Assembly: GCA_965249485.1 (NCBI GenBank)
Contig: OZ252239.1
Coordinates: 576,001 to 640,000 of the forward strand
DNA length: 64,000 bases
Source of the DNA: a bacterium
GTDB taxonomy: Bacteria; SM23-31
Direction of reading: 5' to 3'
Below, piece by piece: positions 51,311 to 61,622 of the stretch. Positions within the stretch are counted from its first letter, which is position 1; each line of letters starts with the position of its first letter. The notes under the pieces were generated by a model. It searched no databases. It was given only the letters and a program-made list of their open reading frames with translations, and was not told the DNA's origin. A program made the position numbers and the translations under genes.

Positions 51311-52075
51311 TTAATTGTTTTTGATTCCTGCGTCAATTATTGCACAGAATGATGAGGATTTAAGGCTGGCACCGCCTACAAGGAGCCCATCAATATCAGG
51401 TTTTGAAAGCAGTTCGTCTGCATTATCGGGTGTTACGCTTCCTCCATAGAGGATTGAAATATCATCGGCTAATTTATTGCCGAATGTCTTCGATAATAAC
51501 TCACGAATATATGCATGCACTTCTTCTGCCTGTTCCGGTGTTGCCGTTTTTCCGGTTCCGATCGCCCATACCGGTTCGTATGCCACAATAAGGTCAGAGC
51601 CATTTTCAACAGATACACCCTTAAGATTTTGTTTGAGCTGTCGTTTGATTAGGCTTTCCGTTTTACTGTTTTCGCGGTCAGCAAGTGTTTCTCCGATACA
51701 CAAAATCGGTGTCAACGGCCCTTCAATAACCCGTTTCATTTTCAAATTGATGAAGGCATCGGACTCTTTGAATATATGTCTCCGTTCGGAATGACCAACG
51801 AGAGTATAGATACAGCCGACGGAGTAAATCATACCATCCGATAATTCACCGGTGAAAGCACCCTTCCTATCAGAGTGTACATTCTGCGCACCTACTTCTA
51901 TTTTTGAGTAAGATGTCTCATAAAGAATAGCACTAAAATAGGGATAAGGAGGTAGAAGAATAACAAGCGGTTCTTCACGAGTGCCCATATAATCTGCAAT
52001 GCTTCTTGCTAACAGCTGACCTTCTGAAATCGTGAGATTCATCTTCCAATTACCAGCAATTATTGTGCGACGCAT
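51311..52075 (-). CDS. tpiA: triosephosphate isomerase
   Basis: IAGNWKMN, GHSERR, AYEPVWAIGTG, YGGSV, LVGGASL. Confidence 0.98.
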   Translation of the reverse strand: MRRTIIAGNWKMNLTISEGQLLARSIADYMGTREEPLVILLPPYPYFSAILYETSYSKIEVGAQNVHSDRKGAFTGELSDGMIYSVGCIYTLVGHSERRHIFKESDAFINLKMKRVIEGPLTPILCIGETLADRENSKTESLIKRQLKQNLKGVSVENGSDLIVAYEPVWAIGTGKTATPEQAEEVHAYIRELLSKTFGNKLADDISILYGGSVTPDNADELLSKPDIDGLLVGGASLKSSSFCAIIDAGIKNN

Positions 52076-52185
52076 AGGCACACCCGCTTTTCTCAAGGTT
52101 GAAAGTGAAGTGTCATTGAATAATATACCACAGATTGTACAAAATGAAAATAATTTAATACCTAAATGAACATAAGCACTGTTTT

Positions 52186-52908
52186 CTACTGCGTAAGAGC
52201 ATAAACGGCGATATTTGTTCCCATTTCAAGAGCAGCTCTGCGTATTTCTGTCTGATTATCATGAACATCCTGATCTTCCCATCCATCACCGAGGTCTGTA
52301 TTGAACGAATAGAACACTACCATTCGGCCTTCGTGAAACAGGGCAAGACCTTGTCCCGGACCGCCGTCGTGCTCATGAATTTTGGGAATACCATTTTGAA
52401 AGTCAAAGTGATTGTGATAAATTTCATGGTTGAACGGTAATTGAACCCACTCTTTGTCGGGAAAAACCTTTCTCATTTCCCTTCTAAAGAATTTGTCCAT
52501 TCCATAATTGTCATCAGCATGCAGGAAACCACCATTTGTTAAATATATCCGCAGCCTATTAACTTCGTCATCATTCAGACGGACATTTCCGTGTCCTGTC
52601 ATATAGATGTATGGATAGGAAAAAAGGGCGTCATCCGAGATATTGACGCGTACTTCTTGCATATTCACTTTTATATCGGTATTTTCAGCAATAAATTTGA
52701 GCAAATTCGGCAACGAAGAAGGATTGGCATACCAGTCTCCACCTCCACCATAATGGAGCCGCGCAAGGATAAATCCCCCGGCAGTGCTTGCATTCTGCCC
52801 AAATACACTGGTGCAGATACCCAATAACAATGTAAAAAAAAAGATTCTGATTGCTGCTGCTTTTTTTATCAAGGCCATAGTGGATAATGACGTAAAAATA
52901 TCCGACAT
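52186..52908 (-). CDS. DUF4159-family secreted protein
   Basis: L.YGGGGDWY.NP.SLPNL, YMTGHG, GGFLHADDNYG, NTDLGDGWED. Confidence 0.85.
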   Translation of the reverse strand: MSDIFTSLSTMALIKKAAAIRIFFFTLLLGICTSVFGQNASTAGGFILARLHYGGGGDWYANPSSLPNLLKFIAENTDIKVNMQEVRVNISDDALFSYPYIYMTGHGNVRLNDDEVNRLRIYLTNGGFLHADDNYGMDKFFRREMRKVFPDKEWVQLPFNHEIYHNHFDFQNGIPKIHEHDGGPGQGLALFHEGRMVVFYSFNTDLGDGWEDQDVHDNQTEIRRAALEMGTNIAVYALTQ

Positions 52909-53819
52909 TACTTCTTAATCGAAACTCTTGTACCTGCATTGTCCGATTGAAGTATATAATACTTCGATTGTAATCTATTGTCCGAAAAGATCCGAACTAT
53001 TTTTTGTGCTATTTTATCTTCATCGTGCGTTGCTAATGCACATACTGTCGGACCTGATCCGCTTATAAATAGTCCGACAAGCCCTTTCTCGGGTTTGAGC
53101 TTAAGAATATCGCCCATACCAGGCACCAAACCTGCTCTATAGGGCTGATGAAGTTTATCCTTCAATATATGAGAAAGAAGTTCAAATTTTTTTCTTCTGA
53201 AACTCTCAAGCACGAGTGATGCACGCTGGAGATTGAAAACAATATCTTTAATTCCGTATTTCCCCGGTAAAATGCCTCGTGCTTTTTTTGTGGAAACATG
53301 AATTTCAGGGATCACAAAGACCAAGGAAAGCTCATTTGGAAATCTCTGCTTTAAATATTCTGCGTTGCCATCCTCTGTCTGCATAGCGGCCGTAAGACCG
53401 CCGACAAAGGAGGGGCATATATTATCGGGATGTCCTTCAATTTTGATTGCTTCGTCCAGAAGTTCCTGGTCGGAAAGTTTCAAACCGCCCAAATAGTTAG
53501 CAGCGACCACACCTGCAATTATCGCTGTTCCGCTACTTCCAAGACCGCGCGAAACAGGAATTTCGTTTTTAACATGAATTTTATAACCGGGAACGGGTAA
53601 ACCACGATCTTTAAACATTATTTCCAATGCAAAAGTGATGTAGTTTTGCGAGTTTGATTTTGTGATTAACTCACTGCCTTCACCAACAAACGAAACCTTT
53701 TGAACAGTGCCGGCACATTTTTCAGCTTTCACAGTTAAATATAGCTTGAGTGCAAGTCCGAAAACGTCGAATCCTGCCGCTAAATTGCTCGTACTCGCTG
53801 GAATTTTAATCGATATCAT
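52908..53819 (-). CDS. thrB: homoserine kinase
   Basis: PASTSNL..GFD.FG, IPVSRGLGSS, EGHPDN, HQPYR, SGSGPT. Confidence 0.95.
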   Translation of the reverse strand: MISIKIPASTSNLAAGFDVFGLALKLYLTVKAEKCAGTVQKVSFVGEGSELITKSNSQNYITFALEIMFKDRGLPVPGYKIHVKNEIPVSRGLGSSGTAIIAGVVAANYLGGLKLSDQELLDEAIKIEGHPDNICPSFVGGLTAAMQTEDGNAEYLKQRFPNELSLVFVIPEIHVSTKKARGILPGKYGIKDIVFNLQRASLVLESFRRKKFELLSHILKDKLHQPYRAGLVPGMGDILKLKPEKGLVGLFISGSGPTVCALATHDEDKIAQKIVRIFSDNRLQSKYYILQSDNAGTRVSIKK

Positions 53820-54118
53820 AGGAGTAAATTCGTTTGATTTGTTTATTGTAATTCATTAAGTTGGTTTCACTGTTTCGAAGAAGAAAGAACAGCAGCTCAA
53901 TTCACTGATTGTTGAACACAATGTAAGAAATTGTTCGGCATTATGAACTTTTTTCAGTAAAAATCGTTATTATTTTTGAAACAAGGAAAAAAATATACAT
54001 AATTATTGAACCATACACAATAAAATAGAGAGAAAGTATTTATAAGTGTGATCTACATCAAATTCAATTAAGCGCTTTAACAACTACATGGTAACTCCTG
54101 ATTAATTAACAAAAATTT

Positions 54119-54628
54119 ATGAAACAGATGAGAGCATTATCCCATTCAACATATAGATCTCCTGTCGGTGTACTCCACATTGGGGCTACCCAGCACGGAA
54201 TCTGCTCCATAACCTGGAACAGTGAAAAGTGGCAACAGTATATCGAAAAAACTGTTCAATCGTCCGACATAGAGATTTCCGATGACGAATTACCGTTTGA
54301 GCAGATAAAAACTGAGCTTGAGCACTACTTTCAGGGTTCTCTCAGAAAATTCACAACTCCTGTCGATCTGTTTAACCTGACACATTTCGAAAACAAAGTC
54401 CTGCATACCACACAACAAATCGGATATGGATCAGTGCTGTCGTATCAGGAAATTGGTGTCCGCATCGGTTCAGCTCAATCGTCTCGTGCTGTCGGTAACG
54501 CATTAGGGAAAAATCCTGTTCCAATTATTGTTCCATGTCACCGGGTTATAAAAACAGACGGTACACTCGGTGGTTTCGGTGGAGGATTGAATGTGAAAGA
54601 ATACTTACTACACCTTGAGCAGCAGTAA
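54119..54628 (+). CDS. ogt: methylated-DNA-[protein]-cysteine S-methyltransferase
   Basis: RAVGNALGKNP.PI.VPCHRV, GGFGGG..VKE.LL. Confidence 0.95.
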   Translation: MKQMRALSHSTYRSPVGVLHIGATQHGICSITWNSEKWQQYIEKTVQSSDIEISDDELPFEQIKTELEHYFQGSLRKFTTPVDLFNLTHFENKVLHTTQQIGYGSVLSYQEIGVRIGSAQSSRAVGNALGKNPVPIIVPCHRVIKTDGTLGGFGGGLNVKEYLLHLEQQ

Positions 54629-54761
54629 GCAAATAATAGCCGTGAAATAATTACTATGGTATAAACGGCTGAGAAAGAATTGCTTTGAGTGCTAGAAAAT
54701 ATCTTGAATTTAAAACCAATGAAAGGTGCTTTACGACACTTTTTGATCGAGATGCACAATA

Positions 54762-56495
54762 ATGTTCAACCGAATAATTCCTCAATGCGGCATTGTATCA
54801 TCAATCCTAATGTTTTCCCTCAATTGCGCTGTGCAAGGCTCACCCTCAGGGGGACCAATAGATGAAATACCACCGACCATAGTCGAAACATTTCCTGCAC
54901 CGGGAGACACCCTTATTTCACCGGAGACAGCCATATCAGTGACTTTTTCGGAAAGCATGGAACGGGAATCAGTACTTTCTGCTCTATTTATTTCTCCGAC
55001 ACCATCTGTAGTACCGAATTATTCATGGAAAGGTGAACGCCTTAATATAGATTTTGCCGAACCGCTCATGCCTGACCAGACCTACGTAATCAGTATAGGA
55101 TCTTCTGCACAAGACACGCGCAATAATCCCGCAGTTTCAACTCATACTTTTGCATTTTCAACCGGTTTACAACTTGATCAGGGCACGATAACCGGGAAAG
55201 TTTACAAAAGCGGCAGCACTTTTGCCCTTGAGGGAGAACCAAATGCATTACTATGGGCATACAGATTAGATGAGGCTTCATCACCTGTCCCAACTTCACA
55301 TATGGGCACCTATACCACTCAGGCTGATGCTGAAGGCAGATTTCAACTGACAAATCTTACTGAAGGACTATATAGGGTATTTTCATTCACTAACAGTGAC
55401 AAAGATTTTACTTACTTTATGCGTGGTGATTTTACTGGTTTCCCAGCAGGTGAAATTATTGTGGATGACTCAACTAGCGCTTTTGAAGTAACATTTTTTC
55501 CTGTCGCGGCAGACACATTACCACTTCAGGTTTCACTTCTTGATTCTCCTGTCAGAGAGCATATCACCATAACATTCGATAAACCACTCGATAAAAAAAC
55601 ACTCCGTTCTGAAAATTTCACTATCGTTGAAGATCCTGGGGGCATAATTCTTGATAATGGAGTTTCCGAATACCTGTTCTCCGAACGTACACCAAGAAGT
55701 GTAACGCTCTTTTCCAGTATACTTGAGCCGAACAAGGAATATCAAGTAGAAATTGACGGCGTCTCTGACATATTCGGTAACACGATTTCTAACTACAGTG
55801 ATTCAATAACAATGTTTGTTGGTGCTGTTCTTGAAAGTGATGCCGAATTTTTACTTGAATCAGTAAGTCCGGATGATTCGGCTTTGAATGTGCCTATATA
55901 TGAGCCGCTATCTCTTATCTTCAGCAAGCCCACAGACCTGCACCTCATAAGTAATTACATAACCATAACCGATTCATTAGGAAACAGTATTGCAGGTGTA
56001 TTTTCAAAGGAGACCTCCTCACATTTCACGTTTGTATCTGAAGATAAATTGTGGCAACCAGATATGAAGTATTTTATGGCTTTAATTGCAGATTCAATAA
56101 CGAGCACCGATGAATACGTTTTAAATCACCCTGACACACTCTATACATTTTCGACGCTTGGCCTGACGAAAACAGGTTTAATATTAGGCAATGTAACTGT
56201 TGAAGGAAATTATGGCGGACATCCAATTGTTGTGAGCGCTCAACCCATGAATAATTCAAGAATGCAAACAGTCATACTAACATTAGAAGAGCCAGGGCAA
56301 TATCTATTTAACGGATTATTACCTGGTGAATATCTTGTGTCAGCCTTTCTTGACAGAAATCGTGATGAGCGGTGGTTTCAGGGGTTGCTTATACCTTACA
56401 AACCATCAGAACCTTTTGCAGTGTATGCCAAACCGGTTACCGTGCGTCAGGGTATCGACAATGTGGGGATAGATATTAATTTAAATGAATACTAA
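54762..56495 (+). CDS. lipoprotein with bacterial Ig-like (Big_5) domains
   Basis: lipobox SLNC followed by A....PSGGP.D..PP; TFSESM; repeated Ig-like segments; AFLDRNRD. Confidence 0.8.
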   Translation: MFNRIIPQCGIVSSILMFSLNCAVQGSPSGGPIDEIPPTIVETFPAPGDTLISPETAISVTFSESMERESVLSALFISPTPSVVPNYSWKGERLNIDFAEPLMPDQTYVISIGSSAQDTRNNPAVSTHTFAFSTGLQLDQGTITGKVYKSGSTFALEGEPNALLWAYRLDEASSPVPTSHMGTYTTQADAEGRFQLTNLTEGLYRVFSFTNSDKDFTYFMRGDFTGFPAGEIIVDDSTSAFEVTFFPVAADTLPLQVSLLDSPVREHITITFDKPLDKKTLRSENFTIVEDPGGIILDNGVSEYLFSERTPRSVTLFSSILEPNKEYQVEIDGVSDIFGNTISNYSDSITMFVGAVLESDAEFLLESVSPDDSALNVPIYEPLSLIFSKPTDLHLISNYITITDSLGNSIAGVFSKETSSHFTFVSEDKLWQPDMKYFMALIADSITSTDEYVLNHPDTLYTFSTLGLTKTGLILGNVTVEGNYGGHPIVVSAQPMNNSRMQTVILTLEEPGQYLFNGLLPGEYLVSAFLDRNRDERWFQGLLIPYKPSEPFAVYAKPVTVRQGIDNVGIDINLNEY

Positions 56496-56626
56496 TTATC
56501 AATGCAATATTGGACTTTTACCTGCTCCCATATAATAAGAAAAATAGTGCATATTACTTTGCAGATACTAACAAATGGAGAGATTACTCTAGCTGTTCAA
56601 GTACTCAACAGAGACAATGTGATTAA

Positions 56627-57424
56627 ATGAAATTGCAATTTGATAAATACTCCGTACACGGCAACGATTTTCTCGTATTCGACAACAGAGAGAGTCAAAT
56701 TTCCACACAGGCATATGATCTTTTTAAGAAGTTATGTGCACGAAGAACATCAGTTGGTGCGGACGGAGTTATATTGATTTCTACAGAGAAGCCTGATTTC
56801 TGTGTCAGGTTTTATAATCCTGACGGAAATCCTGCTCTTATGTGCGGAAATGGGTCACGCGCTGCAGCAGATTTCGCCCAAAAAAGGAAAATTATTGAAC
56901 AAGAAGCGGAATTTTCGGTTAATAATGTTACCCATAGAGTGAAATTTGGTGAAAATCAATCTATCGGTATTGAAATTCATGTTGAGGACATTGCTTGTAA
57001 AAGCTATGAATTTAACTACGAAAACAAAAAATATACTGGCTATTTGTGCGACTCGGGTGTACCGCATATAGTTTTTCTTGACTTAGATATATCAGATGAT
57101 GAGTTTCTGCCGTTCGCTCAATACATCCGATGTGCACCACAGTGGAGTCCACAAGGAGTAAACGTCAATTCAGTTCACCTTATCGACAAAAATACAATCA
57201 CGATTAAAACATATGAACGGGGTGTTGAGAATATTACTTTATCATGCGGAACCGGCGCAGTTGCTTCTGCTTGCGTGGTAGAACAGGAACGGGCAATGTT
57301 AAAGCCCATCAAAGTTCGTTCTGAGGAAGGTACTCTACTTGTTGCCGAATCGGATAATGCCCACTCACTCTGGCTCTGGGGTGGTGTTACGAGGGTATAT
57401 TCCGGTATCATCGATGATGATTGA
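56627..57424 (+). CDS. dapF: diaminopimelate epimerase
   Basis: GNDF, GADG, YNPDG...MCGNG.R, G.PH, GVNVN, YERGV..TLSCGTG. Confidence 0.94.
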   Translation: MKLQFDKYSVHGNDFLVFDNRESQISTQAYDLFKKLCARRTSVGADGVILISTEKPDFCVRFYNPDGNPALMCGNGSRAAADFAQKRKIIEQEAEFSVNNVTHRVKFGENQSIGIEIHVEDIACKSYEFNYENKKYTGYLCDSGVPHIVFLDLDISDDEFLPFAQYIRCAPQWSPQGVNVNSVHLIDKNTITIKTYERGVENITLSCGTGAVASACVVEQERAMLKPIKVRSEEGTLLVAESDNAHSLWLWGGVTRVYSGIIDDD

Positions 57425-57466
57425 TTTGTTATTGCAAGATTGTCAACATTTTCACGGGAGAAAATT

Positions 57467-58555
57467 ATGCATGCACTCATAATAGCGGGTGGCTCAGGAA
57501 AACGATTTTGGCCTATGAGCAGAACAAAAAACCCAAAACAATTTCTGAACCTATTCGGTGAAACAAGCATGATTCAAATGACCTACGAGCGTCTAATGCC
57601 GCTTGTTAAGCCGGATAACATCCTTGTCATAACGAATAAAGAGCAAAAGGCACTTGCCGCTCAACACCTTCCAGAGTTGCCGGATGGCAATATTATCGGT
57701 GAACCTCTCAGCAGGAATACGGCACCCTGCATCGGACTTGGTGCTATGTTAGCGGCACTCAAAAACCCTGATGAAGTGCAAATCGTATTGCCTGCGGACC
57801 ATCTCATTCAAGATGTGGAAGAATTCCGCAGGATCCTCAAACTAGGTGTGGATCTGGCAATCGAAAAGGAGTGTCTCATAACCATCGGGATTAATCCGAC
57901 CCGACCTGAAACCGGTTACGGATATATTCAGACAGATCCACAAGCAACTCCGGATGTGCTTTCGGAAAAATACAGAAATCAAGGTGTACAAAAAGTAAAA
58001 ACTTTTGCCGAGAAACCGAATCTGGAAACAGCAATACGTTTTCTGGAAAGTGGGGATTTCTTGTGGAACAGCGGTATTTTTATCTGGAAAGCCAAGTCAA
58101 TTCTTCAGGCATTGGACGAGTTTGTTCCTGATTTATACGACAGCTTGATGAATATAAAAAATGAAATAGGAAAGCCGGGATTCAGTAAAGCATTACTCAC
58201 TGCTTACAGGCAGGTAAAAAGTATATCAATAGATTATGCAGTAATGGAAAAATCTGATAACGTATTTCTCCTCAAGGGCGATTTCGGTTGGAGTGATGTA
58301 GGGAGTTGGGAAGAGTTTTATAAGGTTAATTCAAAAGATAAAGATGGCAATATCATATTAGGTTCCGGTGTGCTACGGGACTCCAGTAACAACCTTATCA
58401 TATCAGACAAACCGTTTGTGGCGGGTATCGGCATCAAAGATATGGTAATCGTACAATCAAATAATGTTCTCCTTGTTTGTCCACGTGACCGTTCGCAGGA
58501 TGTCAAAGAAATTGTTGATTATTTATCACGTCAGGACATGAATAAAATCTTATAA
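57467..58555 (+). CDS. manC: mannose-1-phosphate guanylyltransferase
   Basis: IAGGSG.RFWP.SR...PKQF, EP.SRNTAP, PADH, PETGYGYI, F.EKP, WNSG, SIDYAVME, WSDVGSW. Confidence 0.93.
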   Translation: MHALIIAGGSGKRFWPMSRTKNPKQFLNLFGETSMIQMTYERLMPLVKPDNILVITNKEQKALAAQHLPELPDGNIIGEPLSRNTAPCIGLGAMLAALKNPDEVQIVLPADHLIQDVEEFRRILKLGVDLAIEKECLITIGINPTRPETGYGYIQTDPQATPDVLSEKYRNQGVQKVKTFAEKPNLETAIRFLESGDFLWNSGIFIWKAKSILQALDEFVPDLYDSLMNIKNEIGKPGFSKALLTAYRQVKSISIDYAVMEKSDNVFLLKGDFGWSDVGSWEEFYKVNSKDKDGNIILGSGVLRDSSNNLIISDKPFVAGIGIKDMVIVQSNNVLLVCPRDRSQDVKEIVDYLSRQDMNKIL

Positions 58556-58748
58556 TATCCTCATTTTGAACATCAGTTGTAAGTCCATTGCATCACTTCG
58601 CAGTATGTAAAAAAATACTACTATCTATGGAGGCGATCTGCATATTACTCAAGAAAGAGATAGTGCCGCACTGACTGTTATGCATTTTTCTTTTAAAAAA
58701 GTTTGAAAATGGTATTTTTGAAGAGTAGTATGATATCAGAGGTGATGC

Positions 58749-59939
58749 TTAAAAATTAATGGAAGCACCAATACGAAACGGGAAGTTTGCATCAAACTTA
58801 TCTGAAAACCACGTGTTGTAGTTAATTTCTGCAAAAAACCGTGTTACCTGATAGTAATAATCCACTCCTGCCACCGCGTGCAATCCCCAGAATCCGCCCA
58901 TAGATTTTTTATCACTTAAAGAACGTGTTTCTTCACCAAGCAGCTTGTCGATTAAAACTTGATGATTGATTGTCACATCAACCGCCGCATAGTTGATCCC
59001 TATTCCCAGACGGGGAACATAGGGTCTGCCAAGCGGTTGGCCGGTAAAATGGGATAGCGATTTCGAGAATTGTGAAATCTGCATGGTTAGTGACCAGTTG
59101 ACAATCCGGGATTGGATGTCAAAATCCCAGTTATTCACCGATATAATTTCTTCCGGAGGAATAGAATCTTCGCTACGGACCGAGTTTACTACGGAATTAT
59201 GGTTGATTATCGACAGTCCGCCCTCAACTGATAAATATCTTGACATCATTTTTGAGGCAATAAAGCTGATTCCACCATTTGATGAGAATGATGAGTTGAA
59301 AATTCCATCACCTGTATATATTACATCATTGACTTCACTAATAAGATTTTCGGTAACTGGCTGAGCAATTTGATCAAAATCGCGAAAATATGTGAATCCG
59401 ATTGCGTACGGTTTATAAGTAATACTTCGGACTTCATTTTCAAGAATTTTAACAATCGGCTTTTCATCGGGTTCATTTTCCGGTTTCGGCGTTTCGAATG
59501 TTTTTTCTTTCAGCATTTCGACTGCTTCTGAGGATAAGGAGTAACGCTGCCTGACTTTATCCATGACTATATCGGGCAATCCCTTCGGAATAAGGACTAT
59601 TCTATTCCCCTCAGGTTCACCTTCCATAACCTTGGAAATAATGCGTACCACACAATATTCCGGAAAAACCTGCGTTACCTGTACTGTGCCGAAAAATTCC
59701 GATTTCGTGCTGTATTGAATGCGGATGAAGGGAAGCCGTTTTGCTTTTTCAAAGGAAAGATTATAGATCGCATGTTCTTTGATGCCGTCATTTACTCCGA
59801 CGTTTAGAATGTAAAGGTTGCCGACTTTTTTCAGCAAATAATTGTGATGTTCTTGTGCATATGTTGTGCCGAAGAGCGTGAGACTCGCCAGAAGTGTGCA
59901 CAGGAGCGTATAAAACCTTGTTTTTTGTCGAATTATCAT
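58749..59939 (-). CDS. secreted/outer-membrane protein: FlgT_C-like domain plus beta-barrel, 396 aa
   Basis: internal signal peptide MIIRQKTRFYTLLCTLLASLTLFGTTYAQ; amphipathic strands; C-terminal Phe (GASINF). Confidence 0.65.
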   Translation of the reverse strand: MIIRQKTRFYTLLCTLLASLTLFGTTYAQEHHNYLLKKVGNLYILNVGVNDGIKEHAIYNLSFEKAKRLPFIRIQYSTKSEFFGTVQVTQVFPEYCVVRIISKVMEGEPEGNRIVLIPKGLPDIVMDKVRQRYSLSSEAVEMLKEKTFETPKPENEPDEKPIVKILENEVRSITYKPYAIGFTYFRDFDQIAQPVTENLISEVNDVIYTGDGIFNSSFSSNGGISFIASKMMSRYLSVEGGLSIINHNSVVNSVRSEDSIPPEEIISVNNWDFDIQSRIVNWSLTMQISQFSKSLSHFTGQPLGRPYVPRLGIGINYAAVDVTINHQVLIDKLLGEETRSLSDKKSMGGFWGLHAVAGVDYYYQVTRFFAEINYNTWFSDKFDANFPFRIGASINF

Positions 59940-60019
59940 AAGTCTTTTAAAAATCAAGTGTTTTTTGCCGAGACTCAATTGTATCGAGATCGGCTTTTTC
60001 AAATATCCTTTTATTGCAG

Positions 60020-60464
60020 TTAGTTTCTGCTTCGGAATCTTAGTTTTCCAGCAAAGTCTTCCGGGGCCGCCTTGATGAGCTTGAATTGTGGTAATATCTC
60101 TGATGGTATCCACCATTTCTGCAACTTCAGGCTCTTGTGTGACAAGTTCAACCGAATCGATATCGATTACTTCAATTTCAATGTCGGGAATCCACTTTAA
60201 ACCGCCAAATTGGGAAGAGTACATTTCTTCTTTTTTGTTTTCAGAGACAAACCGGTTAATTATCTTGTATAGCTCATCATACCTGTTTGTCATACTGTAC
60301 AAATAGCACAACTCATATAGCTGTTTTAACTCACGGGGACTTTCTCTCATAGTGTCTGCCTTGCGCATGAGCGTGCTGATCATGCTCTGCATCATCTGTG
60401 CATCTTTCCTCTCACAGGCACTCAGAATTTGTTTGTATTGGTATTTATGGAGATACTTTTGCAT
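60020..60464 (-). CDS. hypothetical protein of about 147 aa, probable +1 frameshift near 60086
   Basis: AAGGAG RBS before ATG 60464; the alternate frame ends FKLIKAAPEDFAGKLRFRSRN* at 60020, followed by an intergenic hairpin. Confidence 0.5.
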
Positions 60465-60694
60465 TGGTTTTGCCGCTCCTTTGCTTGTATTAGTATCGGC
60501 AGTAGTGATATAGGACTTAAAATTACTGCTGGAGATTATGGCTGGAGAATAACTGCAGTCATATTGTGATTTATGCAACGTTAGTGAAATTATATTGGTT
60601 TGTCAAGCGAAAACCACTCATTTCGGATCAAAAAACATATCATATTCAAGGTCTTTTTCAAACACCTGCTCGTCCACTGTACTACCACATGAAT

Positions 60695-61374
60695 TCATAC
60701 TACCCATGTACATACTCCCAGATCGCTGTACTCGCCGCATTTCCAATGCAGTTGGATTATGATCGGTTTGGGCAGTTCACAAATCTGTCCGATTGTTGTG
60801 ATACCGAGTTCATGGAGCACCGATTCCACGTAAGAGTCGGACAGGCAGATCACGCAGGAATACTTTTTCATTACCATGCGGCACGATAGTTAAACCCGCG
60901 GGTTTGTTGAGCCCTGAGGCAATCCGTGCAATGAGGTTTGACGAAGCGACACCAATCGAAACCGTCAAGCGGGTTTTGTCGAGAATCTTCTTCTGGATCG
61001 CTGCAGCAGTATTCGTTGTCGACAGAGACCGGCATTGTATATGAGTAATATCAAGATAGAAATCATTAAGAGACGCAATTTCGACATCCGGCAAAAAACT
61101 ATGCGGAATTTCCTTAATTATCAATCTAACTGCTCGGTATCGCCGCAAATTCCCCTTAACAAAAAACGCATCCAGGCACAACTCATGTGTTTCCCCGGAG
61201 GGACATCCCAACCTTTACACCTCTTCGACGCGCATCATAACTTGCGCTATGGACGCATCAGCGCGGGTGTGGGAGTCCACTGACAATCACCGGTTTTCCG
61301 GTAAGAATCGGATTACTGCTCTGCTCAACAGACGCAAAGAATGCATCGACATCGAGATGGATTATTGTTTGCAT
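60695..61374 (-). pseudogene. dinB: DNA polymerase IV (DinB) remnant
   Basis: [32 protein letters not shown]...ARIAS.LNKPAG; nonsense TGA at codon 39, frameshifts, SIDE->SLND, no little-finger domain. Confidence 0.9.
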
Positions 61375-61386
61375 AGGCCATGTAGA

Positions 61387-61420
61387 ATACATACGTATAT
61401 ATAATATGCAAATGTATACT
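61387..61420 (-). promoter_or_regulatory. tandem operator upstream of dinB (LexA-like)
   Basis: ATAC-ATAC-GTAT and ATGC-AAAT-GTAT; 61400-61420 is 17/21 identical to 39570-39590. Confidence 0.5.
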
Positions 61421-61622
61421 ATACGGTGCAAGAAAGATAGTAGTATCTGTACATAATAATAATCTACAGATTTGTGAAAAGCTGTCTTGAGTCCATACCG
61501 GAAAGCTGCTGTCTTGCGGTTATGAAGCGCACAAAATAATTTGGAAAACAGAAAAATTTGTAGTATCTTTCGGGGTTATATAAAAAAGAGCTTGAACTGA
61601 AAAAAAAGAAAAGTGAAAAAAG

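Noticed and set aside
53820..54118. Threonine attenuator or riboswitch upstream of thrB
   Set aside because: No Thr-rich leader peptide, T-box or terminator/antiterminator structure is visible; the region is simply AT-rich divergent promoter DNA.
61258..61260. In-frame TGA in dinB as selenocysteine or as recoded Gly (genetic code 25)
   Set aside because: The position is a conserved Gly rather than Cys, the gene has several other lesions, and TGA serves as a normal stop for secA, dapF, secG and others in this window.
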